Below, one piece after another: positions 17,880-26,849 of a DNA stretch of 64,000 nucleotides. Source of the DNA: a virus. Its lineage: Duplodnaviria; Heunggongvirae; Uroviricota; Caudoviricetes. The position numbers were made by a program, and so were the translations under genes. The notes beneath the pieces were generated by a model, which was given only the letters and a program-made list of their open reading frames with translations, ran no database searches and was not told the DNA's origin. How positions within the stretch are numbered: the stretch's first letter is position 1; each line of letters opens with the position of its first letter. The stretch lies in the IMG/VR virus record IMGVR_UViG_3300023174_000034. One strand, written 5' to 3'.

Positions 17880-18739
17880 TAATAACAGGTGATCGCGGCC
17901 TGATTGGCAGCGAACTCAAGGCTCGGCTACTAGCACAAGGCATCCGAGTCCACTCACTAGACTGGAGTGATCGTGGTAAAACATACACCTTGGAAGAGCC
18001 GCTGGAGTGGATTTTCCACATGGGTGCTATCAGCGAAACTATTGCCAGTGACTGGCAAGAGTTGGTCAAGAAGAATATCGAAGACACGCAGAACTGGATT
18101 CAGTTTGCACAACAAAACAACTGCGGCATTACCTACGCAAGTTCAGCAAGCCTATACGGCACTTGGTCAAACAGTCCAGAATGGGGGCCGGTACAACCCA
18201 TGCACATGTATGGGGTGAGCAAGCTGGCAGTGGACAACTGGTGTGCCACACAACAATTCACAGTACCAGTACAAGGTGTGCGTTTCTTCAATGTGTACGG
18301 ACGCAACGAAGGGCACAAACAACAACCAAGTCCCATACGCCGTTACATTGAACAAGGTATTGTGCAACGCAAGCTAACAGTATTCCAGCATGAAGGTAGA
18401 CTAGGCTCACGTGACTTCATAAGTATAGATGACTGTATAAATGCCATGCTTCGTCTAAAGGACGCAGGTGTAAGCGGTGTATACAACGTTGGCACAGGTG
18501 TGCAACTGACATTCAAAGATATTGCAGAATCAATACAAAAACGATTTGGTGTTGAAAATGTACAGGTACTTGTTGTGCCCATGCCTGATCATATGGTCAA
18601 AACATATCAGTGGGAAAGTCAAGCAAACTTAAATAAACTCAAAGCCGCCATTGGCGAGTGGAATCCACTTTCGGTTGATGACTGGCTTGAAGAAAATTTT
18701 GAAACTCTATATAATAAGATACAGAAGGAAATATTATGA
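17873..18739 (+). CDS. NAD-dependent epimerase, ADP-heptose 6-epimerase (HldD)-like
   Basis: TGDRGLIG, IFHMGAISET, YASSASLYG, YGVSK, RFFNVYG.NEGHK, SRDFI. Confidence 0.8.
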   Translation: MVIITGDRGLIGSELKARLLAQGIRVHSLDWSDRGKTYTLEEPLEWIFHMGAISETIASDWQELVKKNIEDTQNWIQFAQQNNCGITYASSASLYGTWSNSPEWGPVQPMHMYGVSKLAVDNWCATQQFTVPVQGVRFFNVYGRNEGHKQQPSPIRRYIEQGIVQRKLTVFQHEGRLGSRDFISIDDCINAMLRLKDAGVSGVYNVGTGVQLTFKDIAESIQKRFGVENVQVLVVPMPDHMVKTYQWESQANLNKLKAAIGEWNPLSVDDWLEENFETLYNKIQKEIL

Positions 18740-19629
18740 AACTAAAAGTAAGTGAAATGTTCTACAGCCTACAAGGTGAAGGTCGCTTTGTAGGCGTGCC
18801 TAGCGTGTTCTTGCGTACATTTGGTTGTAACTTCAAATGCGAAGGGTTTGGCATGCCACGTGGTGAGGCCAGTCAAGAACGCAATCTAGTAGATGCTACC
18901 AAGTATGAAAAGTTTACAGACCTACCACTTGTACACACCGGTTGCGACAGCTATGCTTCATGGGATCCCAAGTTCAAAGATCTAAGTCCTGCAAAAGACA
19001 TCGACGCTATTGTTACTGAAATGCTGGCAATGACTCCGAATGGTCGTTGGCAACAATACAATGGTAACCCAGTACACTTGGTTATCACAGGTGGTGAGCC
19101 ACTGTTGGGTTGGCAAAAGGTGTATCCTGACTTGCTAGAACACCCAGCCATGATTGGGCTAGATAACATCACGTTTGAGACCAATGGCACCCAGCCGCTG
19201 ACGGATGAGTTCCAGGACTACATTGAACACTGGCATACACAATGGCGTGGTACCCATGAAGATGATCATCAAGAGTACATTGGTCGTTTCCGTGAAATGC
19301 AATTCTCTGTTAGTCCCAAGCTGAGTGCGTCGGGCGAAAAGTGGGAAGAAGCTATCTGTCCAGAGATCATTGCTGAGTATCAGCGTGTGGGAGTCACATA
19401 CTTGAAGTTTGTGGTTGAAAAGCCAGAAGACTTTGCAGAAATTAACCAAGCCGTGGGAGAATACCGCTTGGCAGGCTTCTTAGGGCAAGTGTATGTTATG
19501 CCAGTTGGTGGTACCACACAAGGTTACGATGCCAACAAACTTGCCATCGCCAATGAATGTTTGCGCCAAGGTTATGCCTATAGTCCACGTCTACATGTAG
19601 ACTTGTGGGGCAATGGCTGGGGCAAGTGA
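18736..19629 (+). CDS. queE: 7-carboxy-7-deazaguanine synthase (radical SAM)
   Basis: EMFYSLQGEG, VFLRTFGCNFKC...GCDS, VITGGEP, FETNGT, SVSPK, PRLHV. Confidence 0.9.
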   Translation: MKLKVSEMFYSLQGEGRFVGVPSVFLRTFGCNFKCEGFGMPRGEASQERNLVDATKYEKFTDLPLVHTGCDSYASWDPKFKDLSPAKDIDAIVTEMLAMTPNGRWQQYNGNPVHLVITGGEPLLGWQKVYPDLLEHPAMIGLDNITFETNGTQPLTDEFQDYIEHWHTQWRGTHEDDHQEYIGRFREMQFSVSPKLSASGEKWEEAICPEIIAEYQRVGVTYLKFVVEKPEDFAEINQAVGEYRLAGFLGQVYVMPVGGTTQGYDANKLAIANECLRQGYAYSPRLHVDLWGNGWGK

Positions 19630-20051
19630 TGGCTACTAAAAAACCGCCAGCCAAGAAGGTTGTTGCCAAAAAAGTTGTAGCAAAGCCGGTGCCTGCTAAA
19701 AAAGTCGTAACTCCCAAAGCGGAACCTAAATTAAAAGTCAAAGCTACTGCACCAAAAGAGGCCGCTACCAAACGTGGAGAGCCTTATGTTGCTATCATTG
19801 GTATAGAGCTAGACGAGGACAATGTAGGCAATGGCGCATTTGAACTAGACTGGAATGATGCGTTCTTGGCCAAGTTGGTCAAGGCTGGTTACGAAGGCAA
19901 AACAGATGCAGACATTGTGGATCGGTGGTTCCAAACCATTTGCCGCAATGTTCTGCAAGAAAACTTTGAACAATGGGCGGCCAACCAAACCGAAAGTCCT
20001 AGAGTTATCAACCGCAAGGATATTGGAAACGGGCGCACAGAAGTATCGTAA
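19629..20051 (+). CDS. hypothetical protein with K/A/V/P-rich N-terminus
   Basis: AKKVV repeats followed by a globular FELDWN domain. Confidence 0.6.
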   Translation: MATKKPPAKKVVAKKVVAKPVPAKKVVTPKAEPKLKVKATAPKEAATKRGEPYVAIIGIELDEDNVGNGAFELDWNDAFLAKLVKAGYEGKTDADIVDRWFQTICRNVLQENFEQWAANQTESPRVINRKDIGNGRTEVS

Positions 20052-20067
20052 AACGGACTGATCCTGC

Positions 20068-20096
20068 TTGACACAGGGATAAATATATGCTATTAT
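20068..20096 (+). promoter_or_regulatory. sigma70-type promoter giving a probable leaderless transcript
   Basis: TTGACA-17 nt-TATTAT with extended TG; ATG 6 nt downstream, no SD; ATAAATA embedded at 20079. Confidence 0.6.
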
Positions 20097-20102
20097 ATCT
20101 CT

Positions 20103-21104
20103 ATGAACTATCTAATCGTCGATACCGCAAATACATTCTTTCGTGCCCGCCATGCCGCGCACAGAGCCGCAAGCCTTGATGAAAAAGTAGGCTTTGCTAT
20201 CCATGTGACCTTAGCCAGCATCAACAAAGCCTGGCGTGACCAAAAGGGTAGTCATGTGGTAATCTGTTTAGAGGGGCGTTCATGGCGCAAGGATTTCTAT
20301 GCTCCATACAAAGCAAACCGTGCGGTTGCCCGTGCGGCACTTACTGACGCACAACAAGAAGAAGACACAGCTTTTTGGGAAGCCTTTGACGACCTTAAAA
20401 CGTTCTTTAACGAGAAGTCCAATTGTACTGTGCTCCAGCACAAAGAGCTTGAAGCAGATGATTTGGTGGCAGGATGGATACAGAGTCACCCTCATGACCA
20501 CCACACAATCGTGAGCACAGACACAGACTTCCACCAGCTACTGGCACACAATGTGAATCAGTACAACGGTGTTGCAGATGAACTACACACACTGAAAGGT
20601 ATCTTTGACAAGAATGGCAAGCCTGTCAAAGACAACAAGACCAAGGAACCCAAGGTAATACCTGATCCCAAGTGGATCTTGTTTGAGAAGTGTATGCGTG
20701 GTGATCCCACTGACAACGTGTTTTCTGCTTATCCAGGTGTGCGTACCAAAGGGTCAAGCAAGAAAGTTGGCTTGCAAGAAGCATTTGCTGACAAGGATAA
20801 AAAAGGCTACTCGTGGAACAATCTCATGCTCCAACGGTGGACCGACCATAATGGAGAAGAGCATCGTGTATTGGATGATTATGAGCGTAACGTACAGTTG
20901 GTGGACCTTACAGCACAGCCTGATGACATTAAAGTCAAAATTGCTGAATGTATTGCTGACAATAGTATACCAAAAACAGTTGGACAAGTTGGCGTCAAAT
21001 TTATGAAGTTTTGTGGCAAGCACAACTTGGTCAAGATTGGCGAGCAGGCCACATCCTATGCTGATTGGTTGAGTGCCGAATATCCTGAGGCAGTTGCAGT
21101 ATGA
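20103..21104 (+). CDS. rnh: 5'-3' exonuclease / T4 RNase H-like (FEN family)
   Basis: LIVDTAN, SWRKDFYAPYKANR, LEADD, VSTDTDF.QL, RGDPTDNV..PG. Confidence 0.88.
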   Translation: MNYLIVDTANTFFRARHAAHRAASLDEKVGFAIHVTLASINKAWRDQKGSHVVICLEGRSWRKDFYAPYKANRAVARAALTDAQQEEDTAFWEAFDDLKTFFNEKSNCTVLQHKELEADDLVAGWIQSHPHDHHTIVSTDTDFHQLLAHNVNQYNGVADELHTLKGIFDKNGKPVKDNKTKEPKVIPDPKWILFEKCMRGDPTDNVFSAYPGVRTKGSSKKVGLQEAFADKDKKGYSWNNLMLQRWTDHNGEEHRVLDDYERNVQLVDLTAQPDDIKVKIAECIADNSIPKTVGQVGVKFMKFCGKHNLVKIGEQATSYADWLSAEYPEAVAV

Positions 21105-21277
21105 CACCATGTAAATATCAAGAGCTTGAATCAACACCCAAGGACCTTTATGAAGGTCGACGGGTAATTATACCCCATGACATTGATCATGCTCACCAAA
21201 TGTTGCACGTGGCCATGTGTTACATCAATCAAGACCAGCAAGATGTACTGGATGCTCTAAAGAAGGATTACGCATGA
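21101..21277 (+). CDS. small hypothetical protein (58 aa, not in ORF track)
   Basis: MTPCKYQELE...KKDYA*, ATGA-coupled on both ends. Confidence 0.5.
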   Translation: MTPCKYQELESTPKDLYEGRRVIIPHDIDHAHQMLHVAMCYINQDQQDVLDALKKDYA

Positions 21278-21462
21278 GTAAAATGAAAAACTCTAAATTT
21301 TTTGATATCGCACTAGCAGTGGGTGGATCACACTATCCTGATGTGAATAGCGAGCTGTTGGAAAAGTTTGCCACTGAACTGGTCAAACAATGTGCAGAAA
21401 TTGCACTGCGTGAAGACCACGACCCTAGTGAATGTATCCTTTCTCACTTTGGGATCAAATGA
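21274..21462 (+). CDS. hypothetical protein
   Basis: ATGA overlap; LEKFATELVKQCAEIA is typical of small phage proteins. Confidence 0.55.
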   Translation: MSKMKNSKFFDIALAVGGSHYPDVNSELLEKFATELVKQCAEIALREDHDPSECILSHFGIK

Positions 21463-22457
21463 GAAAAATAGCCATTGTTACCAATGCCGCTGTACATTGT
21501 GGAATACATCAGTACGGCCAAGCAGTGTATCGTGTGTTGTCTGGCTCAAACAAATACAAGTATGAGTTTGTGACCACTCCGCACGAATATGTTAACCCAT
21601 TTCTTCCTAGCGAAAAAGTCGAGTGGACTGCATGGCTAAACACAATTGACTGTGATGCTATCTTGTACAATCATTGTCCTGGTACCATGGGCTGGTTGGA
21701 TGATGAAATAGTTGGTGCTGTGAACAAGCCACAATGGTTGATAACCGGACACGACGAACTCAAAATACTCAAAAACATCCAGCATCATTTTGTGACAAAT
21801 CCCTTGTTTGAAAACACCAGCACACATTCAGCTTTACTGCGTCCGTTGTTGCTGGGCCAAACATTGGATCATGCTCCGCCTAGCAATGTGATCAAAGTAG
21901 GTACCTTTGGACTGGTATACAATTCAAAGAACTTGCCACTGTTGGTGAAATATGTCAATGACAGTTTTCCTCCAGATCAACTCATTGAGTTGAACATACA
22001 CGCAACTGTTGGTCGATATATCATTGATGGGCATCATCATTTGAACCGTGCTGTCATGACTTGTCGTGCATTTGCCAATCCCAATGTCACAGTCAATATC
22101 ACTACGGATTTTATTGAATCGTTGGATGAGGTTGTGGTCAAGTTGCACAACAACGATATCAACGTATTCCTTTACAATGACGAGCCCAACCGTTTTGCTG
22201 TGAGTAGTGCTCTGGACCTGGCACTGAGCGCACGTAAGCCTGTTGCTATCAGCAGATCCAGCATGTTTGCACATGCTAGACATGTGGAAGATATTGTTGT
22301 TGACCTAGATGAATTACAGCACTATACTGGTAAACGGTTCAATTGGTTACCGGATATACTCAAGCTAGGTATGGCTCCGTTGGAACAATTCTATGTAGAT
22401 TGGGCGCCAGATAAATTTTGTAAAGTAGTTGAGGAGAAATTTGATGAGTTTTGTTGA
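21459..22457 (+). CDS. GT-B glycosyltransferase-like protein
   Basis: N-terminal CGIHQY; VGTFGLV...KNL; SSALDLALSARKPVAIS. Confidence 0.65.
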   Translation: MRKIAIVTNAAVHCGIHQYGQAVYRVLSGSNKYKYEFVTTPHEYVNPFLPSEKVEWTAWLNTIDCDAILYNHCPGTMGWLDDEIVGAVNKPQWLITGHDELKILKNIQHHFVTNPLFENTSTHSALLRPLLLGQTLDHAPPSNVIKVGTFGLVYNSKNLPLLVKYVNDSFPPDQLIELNIHATVGRYIIDGHHHLNRAVMTCRAFANPNVTVNITTDFIESLDEVVVKLHNNDINVFLYNDEPNRFAVSSALDLALSARKPVAISRSSMFAHARHVEDIVVDLDELQHYTGKRFNWLPDILKLGMAPLEQFYVDWAPDKFCKVVEEKFDEFC

Positions 22458-22671
22458 GCACAAGAGCCTGGTCCGCAAGATCCGCGCAGGCGAACCTGAC
22501 TTTACCATTGTGGATGGCTTGACTGTGCATCCTCGTGCTTCATTGGAAGTCACACCAGGTGCGCCGTCTAATATTGCTAGCACACTGGACTGGGCCATTG
22601 CACAAGGTTATATTCGTTGTGTGGCACATGTCAAAGACTATGAACTAATGATGGACAAGTTAACAGCATGA
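22444..22671 (+). CDS. hypothetical protein
   Basis: Coupled ORF with SD GAGGAG. Confidence 0.55.
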   Translation: MSFVEHKSLVRKIRAGEPDFTIVDGLTVHPRASLEVTPGAPSNIASTLDWAIAQGYIRCVAHVKDYELMMDKLTA

Positions 22672-23237
22672 AAGAACTAGCATCCAGCCCAGATCGTGGC
22701 ACCTTTCAAAGAGACGCTTATATCCAGCGAGCATTAGAAGCTGGTAAAAGCATGGACGATCCTGATGTGCAACGCATGGTCAAGTTCTACAACGACTGGG
22801 CAGAGAATGCCAAACAGCGTGAAGTAGACCCAGAATGGCAACAACAAAATCTAGAGTGGGACCTACGTACCACTCCATGGATAATTGAAAAGTGTGGTGC
22901 AGACTACTATGCACAAAATCTCTATGCTGCCATGTGTAACATACGCTGGCAGAAGCGCGAAGTAATTCCTATCCTCAAGGACGAACATTGGTCATGTTCA
23001 TGGCGTTCAGCAGGCGGAATCGTTGCAGATCTGCAAGGCAAGGGTGACTATATTGACTGGTACTGCTCTGGTATAGGCAACTACATGAGTGACGACGATA
23101 CTAGTGATGGCAGTGAAAATCTGCTTGCAAAAGGATTTGTACCGGAAGGCACGGTAACAGAAGAGATCGAGAACGACTTGTATGTGCTCGGTTGGGTACA
23201 CAGCGGGTGGCCAGACGATTGCAAGGATACTGTATGA
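22668..23237 (+). CDS. hypothetical protein
   Basis: 189 aa; YAQNLYAAMCN, WSCSWRSAGG, YIDWYCSG. Confidence 0.6.
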   Translation: MKELASSPDRGTFQRDAYIQRALEAGKSMDDPDVQRMVKFYNDWAENAKQREVDPEWQQQNLEWDLRTTPWIIEKCGADYYAQNLYAAMCNIRWQKREVIPILKDEHWSCSWRSAGGIVADLQGKGDYIDWYCSGIGNYMSDDDTSDGSENLLAKGFVPEGTVTEEIENDLYVLGWVHSGWPDDCKDTV

Positions 23238-23458
23238 CTAAAGGTTTAGAAATTCCATTTGAGGTCGCTGACGGCATTGTACTTGCATCACTACAAGAAC
23301 ATCGTGCGTATCTGAAGAAAGAACTTAAATCATGGGAGAAAAATCCCAAGACTGATAACAATCCTGACGGTGTCTGGTTACATCCTGAAGATGTGGTCAA
23401 GAACACAGTGCTGATCAGAGCCATGACTGAGATTATAAAGTACTACGGTGCAGAATGA
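23234..23458 (+). CDS. hypothetical protein
   Basis: ATGA-coupled ORF. Confidence 0.5.
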   Translation: MTKGLEIPFEVADGIVLASLQEHRAYLKKELKSWEKNPKTDNNPDGVWLHPEDVVKNTVLIRAMTEIIKYYGAE

Positions 23459-23946
23459 AAAACAAAAAGGAATCAAATATGACTGAACTCAAAGCAACAC
23501 CTGTTGTCAAGAATAAATTTTGGATTGTCGAACGTGATGGCGAAAAGGTTGCCACTATACAAACCACAGACGACGGAATTGTTTGGGTAGACGATGCACG
23601 TCGTGAAAAGTATCCAACTATCAAGATGCTCAAGGACCGACACAATGTTGACTTTGTCAAAGCAGCCAAGGCCAAACTATTGTCTGGGCATGAGGTAAGT
23701 GGATTTCCCACCAGTGGTAAGCCACACAATCCCTTGTATGATGTCAGCCGTCGACTGCCAATCTACACAAAAGATGAAAAGAGCAAGAGCTTTTACTGTG
23801 CTGGTTACTACCTGGTCAAGCTGGGCAACAACTGGAGCAAGGCCTACTGTCCTAAACTTATCACACTACAGCGTTATGAGTTCCGTGGTCCATTCAAGAC
23901 CACAGAGGACCAGCTGGTACAGCAAAAGGTTGCCAATGGACTATAA
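23455..23946 (+). CDS. hypothetical protein
   Basis: 163 aa (alternative start 23479); YCAGYY, CPKLITL. Confidence 0.6.
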   Translation: MKNKKESNMTELKATPVVKNKFWIVERDGEKVATIQTTDDGIVWVDDARREKYPTIKMLKDRHNVDFVKAAKAKLLSGHEVSGFPTSGKPHNPLYDVSRRLPIYTKDEKSKSFYCAGYYLVKLGNNWSKAYCPKLITLQRYEFRGPFKTTEDQLVQQKVANGL

Positions 23947-24157
23947 ACCAACATTGCACATCACTAGTTTTAGTGATCGTGTGCGTGGCCTTAACCAATT
24001 GAAGAGTCAAGAGCTACGACTGACAGCGCAGGACGCCAACAACCTACTGAGCGATATCACTACCATGCTGGCAGAAATTGCACGCCTTAGTATTGAATTG
24101 CATGATCAAAATAATCAATCTGTCCAAATTGAAGTAGATGGCGGTGGCTTTAAGTAA
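23936..24157 (+). CDS. hypothetical protein
   Basis: Start ATG 23936; ends IEVDGGGFK. Confidence 0.55.
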   Translation: MDYKPTLHITSFSDRVRGLNQLKSQELRLTAQDANNLLSDITTMLAEIARLSIELHDQNNQSVQIEVDGGGFK

Positions 24158-24203
24158 TATACCCAGATATTATTGATAAATATTATGTGAGGAAATATCA
24201 ACC

Positions 24204-24491
24204 ATGAGTAGACCAAAGCCAGTTGTGCTACTTGAACATGTCAACAAATCCACGTTCAAGAGCGATCAAGTTCTAAATTCAGAAGGCATCTGGGCGGTGT
24301 TCTACGACTCAAAGCCCATCAACCTTAAGAACCAATCTTTATTGGTTGCTTACCCAGGACCCAAATACAAAAAGGTCAGTTTTTCTAATCCAGGCCATGC
24401 TATCAACTTGGCCAAGAAACTAAACAGTCTTTTCAAGACTGACAAATTCTCAGTGGCAATCCTAAAACAAGGTGATCAGATCTACCCGTAA
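24204..24491 (+). CDS. hypothetical protein
   Basis: 95 aa basic protein after ATAAATA (24176) and SD GAGG. Confidence 0.65.
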   Translation: MSRPKPVVLLEHVNKSTFKSDQVLNSEGIWAVFYDSKPINLKNQSLLVAYPGPKYKKVSFSNPGHAINLAKKLNSLFKTDKFSVAILKQGDQIYP

Positions 24492-24822
24492 ATCAGGACT
24501 ACAACGTGAATGGGAACAACGCCTGTTTCCAAATGAAACACACTCTCCTGATACCATATGGCGTAACATACTAAATCCTGATAGCCTACGACTCACTGTT
24601 GGCGCATACAATAAATTACGTGGAGTCAAGGGTACCACGTTCTACCAATTCAAATTAGATGAAATGACCAACTTACAATTATTACAGTTGGATCATTTGT
24701 TCAAGTCTCCTTACTTTGTTAAGAACCGTAAACAAATTCTCCTCATGGGAGAGCAGGACGCAATCATGCTACAACTAAATGGTAGCAATTTGAAACAATA
24801 CCTGGAACACCTGGATGACTGA
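24472..24822 (+). CDS. hypothetical protein
   Basis: 116-aa overlapping ORF. Confidence 0.5.
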   Translation: MIRSTRKSGLQREWEQRLFPNETHSPDTIWRNILNPDSLRLTVGAYNKLRGVKGTTFYQFKLDEMTNLQLLQLDHLFKSPYFVKNRKQILLMGEQDAIMLQLNGSNLKQYLEHLDD

Positions 24823-25105
24823 TAGATATACATTAGATGGGCGGGTGGCAGTACTGTGCCATCCTGACGGATGGTATACCAAACACGGCAATGAGTCCAT
24901 GGTATTCAGTCCACGACTGGTAGACCAAGTGCTGAAAGGCCAAAGTTCCGTCCCAGGACTGTGTGTAGAATGGGTCATGCCCGGAGATCTTTTCCGTCCA
25001 GAATTATTTCGTGGCAAAGAAGTTATCACAGTATTGATCCTAGGGTCTAGTCCTATTCAAGGATCCACAATGGTTGAACGACATGGTAATTGGTTGACAG
25101 CTTAA
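24815..25105 (+). CDS. hypothetical protein
   Basis: 96-aa overlapping ORF. Confidence 0.5.
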   Translation: MTDRYTLDGRVAVLCHPDGWYTKHGNESMVFSPRLVDQVLKGQSSVPGLCVEWVMPGDLFRPELFRGKEVITVLILGSSPIQGSTMVERHGNWLTA

Positions 25106-25123
25106 ATCATTTCATGCTATAAT
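25094..25123 (+). promoter_or_regulatory. sigma70-type promoter
   Basis: TTGACA-18 nt-TATAAT with extended TG. Confidence 0.65.
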
Positions 25124-25145
25124 TTCCTTAACTAGGAGAATTTAC

Positions 25146-25637
25146 ATGAAAATTGGTTTCAGCTTTGGTCGGTGTCTTGGTAGCATTGTGCGTGGCGAAG
25201 TGGCTCTAGAAGATGTGTTAGTTATCATTGCACGTACACGCATGGCAACAGAAGATCATGTGCGTGGCGTAATTTCAGAATACATGCATCGCCCAGGATA
25301 CCTGCAGGGACTAGATCAAGACGAATGCGAGCGTGTGGGCATTGACTTGTTCAATACAGGGCGCATCCTGGAACCACGTGCCAACAATGTAGGTGCTGGT
25401 ATGAGCGTTCCACGTGATTACATCTGGATGGATCTGTTTCCTACTGCACCACATGGTGTGCAGTCTGATTCTGTAAAACTAGCATGGGAACAATATCGAC
25501 TGTTGATCACACTGACTGAACAACTGCCCGAAGAAGGCTTTGTCCCTGAGCATGGAGTAAAAGCAGTTCCGCTCTCTCCCGAAGAACTTGAAGCACAGAA
25601 AAAAGCATTTGACATGCTGGGTGCATTCGTTATCTAG
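25146..25637 (+). CDS. hypothetical protein
   Basis: SD AGGAG; MKIGFSFGRCL..IVRGEV start. Confidence 0.65.
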   Translation: MKIGFSFGRCLGSIVRGEVALEDVLVIIARTRMATEDHVRGVISEYMHRPGYLQGLDQDECERVGIDLFNTGRILEPRANNVGAGMSVPRDYIWMDLFPTAPHGVQSDSVKLAWEQYRLLITLTEQLPEEGFVPEHGVKAVPLSPEELEAQKKAFDMLGAFVI

Positions 25638-25645
25638 GAGTTGAC

Positions 25646-25807
25646 ATGAGCTTTAGATATTGGTTAAGACAAAAATGGTACGAGTACACAGCTGAATGCG
25701 AAGCATACGGACAGGCGCCTGTGCTGGATCCCAATCAATATTTTCAAATGTACAAGTACTGGCTCAAGCGTGAATACCGGCATTACCATGGCAAAACAAA
25801 AACATAA
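25646..25807 (+). CDS. small hypothetical protein (53 aa, not in ORF track)
   Basis: SD AGGAG; MSFRYWLRQKWYEY...YKYWLKREY. Confidence 0.55.
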   Translation: MSFRYWLRQKWYEYTAECEAYGQAPVLDPNQYFQMYKYWLKREYRHYHGKTKT

Positions 25808-26177
25808 TGTGTTCTTGCTCAGTTGGGACATGACTGGCCTAGAGTCTCTCATTGATCTCACAACCTTGGAAAAGCTACACGAGCAAGAAGAGAAAGTGCG
25901 TATGATGGCAATCCTTAGTGATCCAGATGCACGTGATCCAGGAGATCAAACAGGGTCTTTGCTGAACCAGATTGTGCAGAATATCCTGCTACGGGCTCGT
26001 GTTAACCAACAACGCCACTACGAAGTTTACACCATTCAAACCACCCCAGGCATAACCGAAAAAGATCTGTGGGATATGTTCAACAACGATCCGCAGTACG
26101 CCGCTGAACTGATCCGAGAACGTGGTAATCAGCTGTACAGTGATCGTGTGAACAAGCGTACACAAGTAATTGTATGA
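25788..26177 (+). CDS. hypothetical protein
   Basis: LLSWDMTGLE...ARVNQQRHYEVY. Confidence 0.6.
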   Translation: MAKQKHNVFLLSWDMTGLESLIDLTTLEKLHEQEEKVRMMAILSDPDARDPGDQTGSLLNQIVQNILLRARVNQQRHYEVYTIQTTPGITEKDLWDMFNNDPQYAAELIRERGNQLYSDRVNKRTQVIV

Positions 26178-26710
26178 CGCCCGAAGAACTACGTGATGGC
26201 ATCTTTGCCCTGAACACTCGGCGCTTTGGTACTGTGGCCGAGATCATGGTCAAGAAGCTGAAAGGCCTGGGCAAGGCACAGAGCATGTTTCATGACTTGT
26301 TTGATGCCGCAGACAACCAGCGTGTGGAAGTGAAATTCAGCAGGGTTGGCCAGAACCTGGACCGGCTCACAGAGCACAATCTACTGGAATGCATACTCAA
26401 AGAACAAGGCACAGATCGTCGTGTGCGGTTTGCAGACTGGACCAATCATAAATTCCTGTGCAACATCCAGCAGGTCAAACGGTCAGAGTTTGAAGTGCTC
26501 TACTACGGCATGTTCTTTGATGACTGCATCAAGATCTTTCGCATTGAGCCCCAGGACATTGATGCCAGCATTGGCTACGGTGACAAACAGCACAAGGGCA
26601 ATGTGGGCGAAGGACAGTTCCATATCACAGAAAAGACCCTGCAGGTGCACCTGGATAGATTCTTAATACAAACGTTAACATATAGTGAATTGTTGATACT
26701 TTTGCAGTAG
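26174..26710 (+). CDS. putative PD-(D/E)xK endonuclease
   Basis: Helix GTVAE, then HDLFD, then VEVKFS, as in restriction-fold nucleases. Confidence 0.55.
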   Translation: MTPEELRDGIFALNTRRFGTVAEIMVKKLKGLGKAQSMFHDLFDAADNQRVEVKFSRVGQNLDRLTEHNLLECILKEQGTDRRVRFADWTNHKFLCNIQQVKRSEFEVLYYGMFFDDCIKIFRIEPQDIDASIGYGDKQHKGNVGEGQFHITEKTLQVHLDRFLIQTLTYSELLILLQ

Positions 26711-26752
26711 TGTTGTGTTTCTGTAACATTGTTCTTTGATTGCTACAATGCA

Positions 26753-26782
26753 TTGACAGGAAATACCTTTTCCGCATACAAT
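26753..26782 (+). promoter_or_regulatory. sigma70-type promoter followed by a hairpin
   Basis: TTGACA-18 nt-TACAAT; GTCCAACC/GGTTGGAC inverted repeat at 26784-26814. Confidence 0.5.
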
Positions 26783-26849
26783 GGTCCAACCGTTGCAGAT
26801 TTGCATGGTTGGACACTGGATAAACATTATCAACATTTTGGAGTTTGAA

